A DNA stretch of 63,855 nucleotides, filler included, from Rhabdomonas costata (taxonomy: Eukaryota), in assembly GCA_019059605.1 (NCBI GenBank). It is 38 parts of 38 records of this genome, joined end to end, with 100 filler letters (N's around TTAATTAATTAA, not from the genome) between each part and the next. Parts side by side here need not be neighbours in the genome. Positions count along the whole stretch, not along the records: positions 62,274 to 63,855 come from JAHMHO010012632.1; 37 more parts are not named here. One strand, given 5' to 3'. Position numbers and translations under genes: made by a program. The notes beneath the pieces are model-generated. The model searched no databases, was not told the DNA's origin, and saw nothing but the letters and a program-made list of their open reading frames with translations. This document shows, one piece after another, positions 62,562 to 63,855 of this stretch; within the stretch, counting starts at the first letter, position 1, and the number at the start of each line of letters is the position of its first letter.

Positions 62562-63466
62562 CTGCGATGTCTGAAAACATGATGCTGGCGGTCTTCCACT
62601 CCATTTTGCTCCTGCGGCTCATCGCCCCACTCAGCATCATCTTCACCACATCCCGGGGCACGTACTTCGCAAAAGCTCCAAGGCCACTGGAATAACCATT
62701 AGAGAAAAAACGTACACGCACAACCATAAATGAGCATACCCATTCCCATGAGCACGGAGAAACCAGAAAGACCTTGCTTTTGAGCTTCAGAACTCAGTAG
62801 GGAACCACGACAGACAGTTCATCACAACATACCCCGACACAGCAAAGCTGATAAAAACCCCCATCAAACTATCATATGCAATGGACGACGCTCAGCCTTC
62901 TGTAGGGTCAACAAAATATTATCTATGACCTTGACCCGGGGAGGGGATCACTGAATGATACTCGATGCACAATCTCAAGCCACACTAAATCGGCTGTTGG
63001 GGGGAAGGGAGGGAACTGATCGAGACGAGAAGGCCAACTTACCAAATATTTTATCATTTTTGATCATTTAAGTCTTTCGCGGGACCTGCAACGGGTTTGC
63101 GAGTGCGAATATGCGATTGCGTTGACAATTGGACGCAGTCCAACCGAGACCACGGACTTTTTGGTCACAAAACTTGCCGTTGCACGAGGAAGGGATGTGG
63201 GCACACCGTTCCATCGCATCGAAGGACTGCTGGCACCCACGCACCTCAGAGATCACTGAAGGCCGCGTGGCAACTGTTAAGGCCTCTCCCTCGAGCTCCA
63301 GCACCGCCAGCAGGCCCATCCCCTTCGCCAGCCGCTCCAGTGGCAGTGACAGCAGCAGCGCGATCCCCACGGCGCACGCAAAGGCCGCAGCGACCACCCC
63401 GACCAAGAGGCAAACGAGAAGAATATTTGTATGGCGGATCATCCGCGCCGCCTGGTGGTTCTTCGC
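62562..63466 (-). CDS. Receptor-type class III adenylate cyclase (TM-HAMP-cyclase)
   Basis: Exons 63466-63207 (TM helix, PLERLAKGM...SVISEVRGCQQSFDAME) and 62686-62562 (GLGAFAKYVPRDVV..ASIMFSDIAG), phase 2 junction. Confidence 0.93.
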
Positions 63467-63855
63467 CTGCACGGGCCCAACGCGAGACTCCGCGTCGATC
63501 AGAAGAAAGACCTGCCACTTCAGCCCTTGCTGTGATTTGGTGAAAGCAAGGAGACACGGGAGTTGGCTCCCACCAACACAATGCTATAGAGCGAGAGGAA
63601 AAAGATGGAAAATGGCCTCCAAGTCCAGGGCTGATGAAAGTACAATTGGCATCGCTTTCCTGCGAAGCGAACCGCGCAAAACTTCATCAATCACTCTAAT
63701 TCGTAACGAAGCCACGGCGCATATTAAAGTGGCAGGCAAAAATAAGCATGTTATTGCATCGTTGCGCGCGTGCGCACCCACACACACTTTATGATTGTGA
63801 GCGGGTGAAAGTTCACCGCAAAGAAACAAAGAAAACACAATTTGAACACACACAA

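Overview
This is not one locus. The window is 38 unrelated contigs of about 1.58 kb, joined by artificial 100-nt linkers (N44-TTAATTAATTAA-N44), so nothing can be inferred from adjacency across linkers and all ORFs containing X are artefacts. The DNA is eukaryotic: short GC3-rich exons, GT-AG introns, microsatellites and decayed retroelements. A euglenozoan, probably euglenid, source is my inference from an articulin-like VPV-repeat exon, a kinetoplastid-like MOB1 and TM-HAMP-type class III cyclases. Fold-back inversions at several contig ends suggest whole-genome amplification. Gene fragments recognised from memory of family motifs (no database search was run): AMP deaminase, eEF3, CocE/NonD hydrolase, two nucleotide cyclases, a cNMP-binding protein, MOB1, PDZ and EF-hand proteins, an SDP1/TGL-like lipase, peptidase C69, pirin, DAG lipase, ankyrin, TRM8, a CID-domain protein, PPR and Tricorn protease. 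The most notable observations are a type II-topology hammerhead-like motif (61538-61603), an intron-containing prokaryote-type Tricorn protease, a lipase with a degenerate glycine loop, a divergent CID domain and two dispersed intronic repeat families. No multi-gene novel system can be demonstrated from this window.
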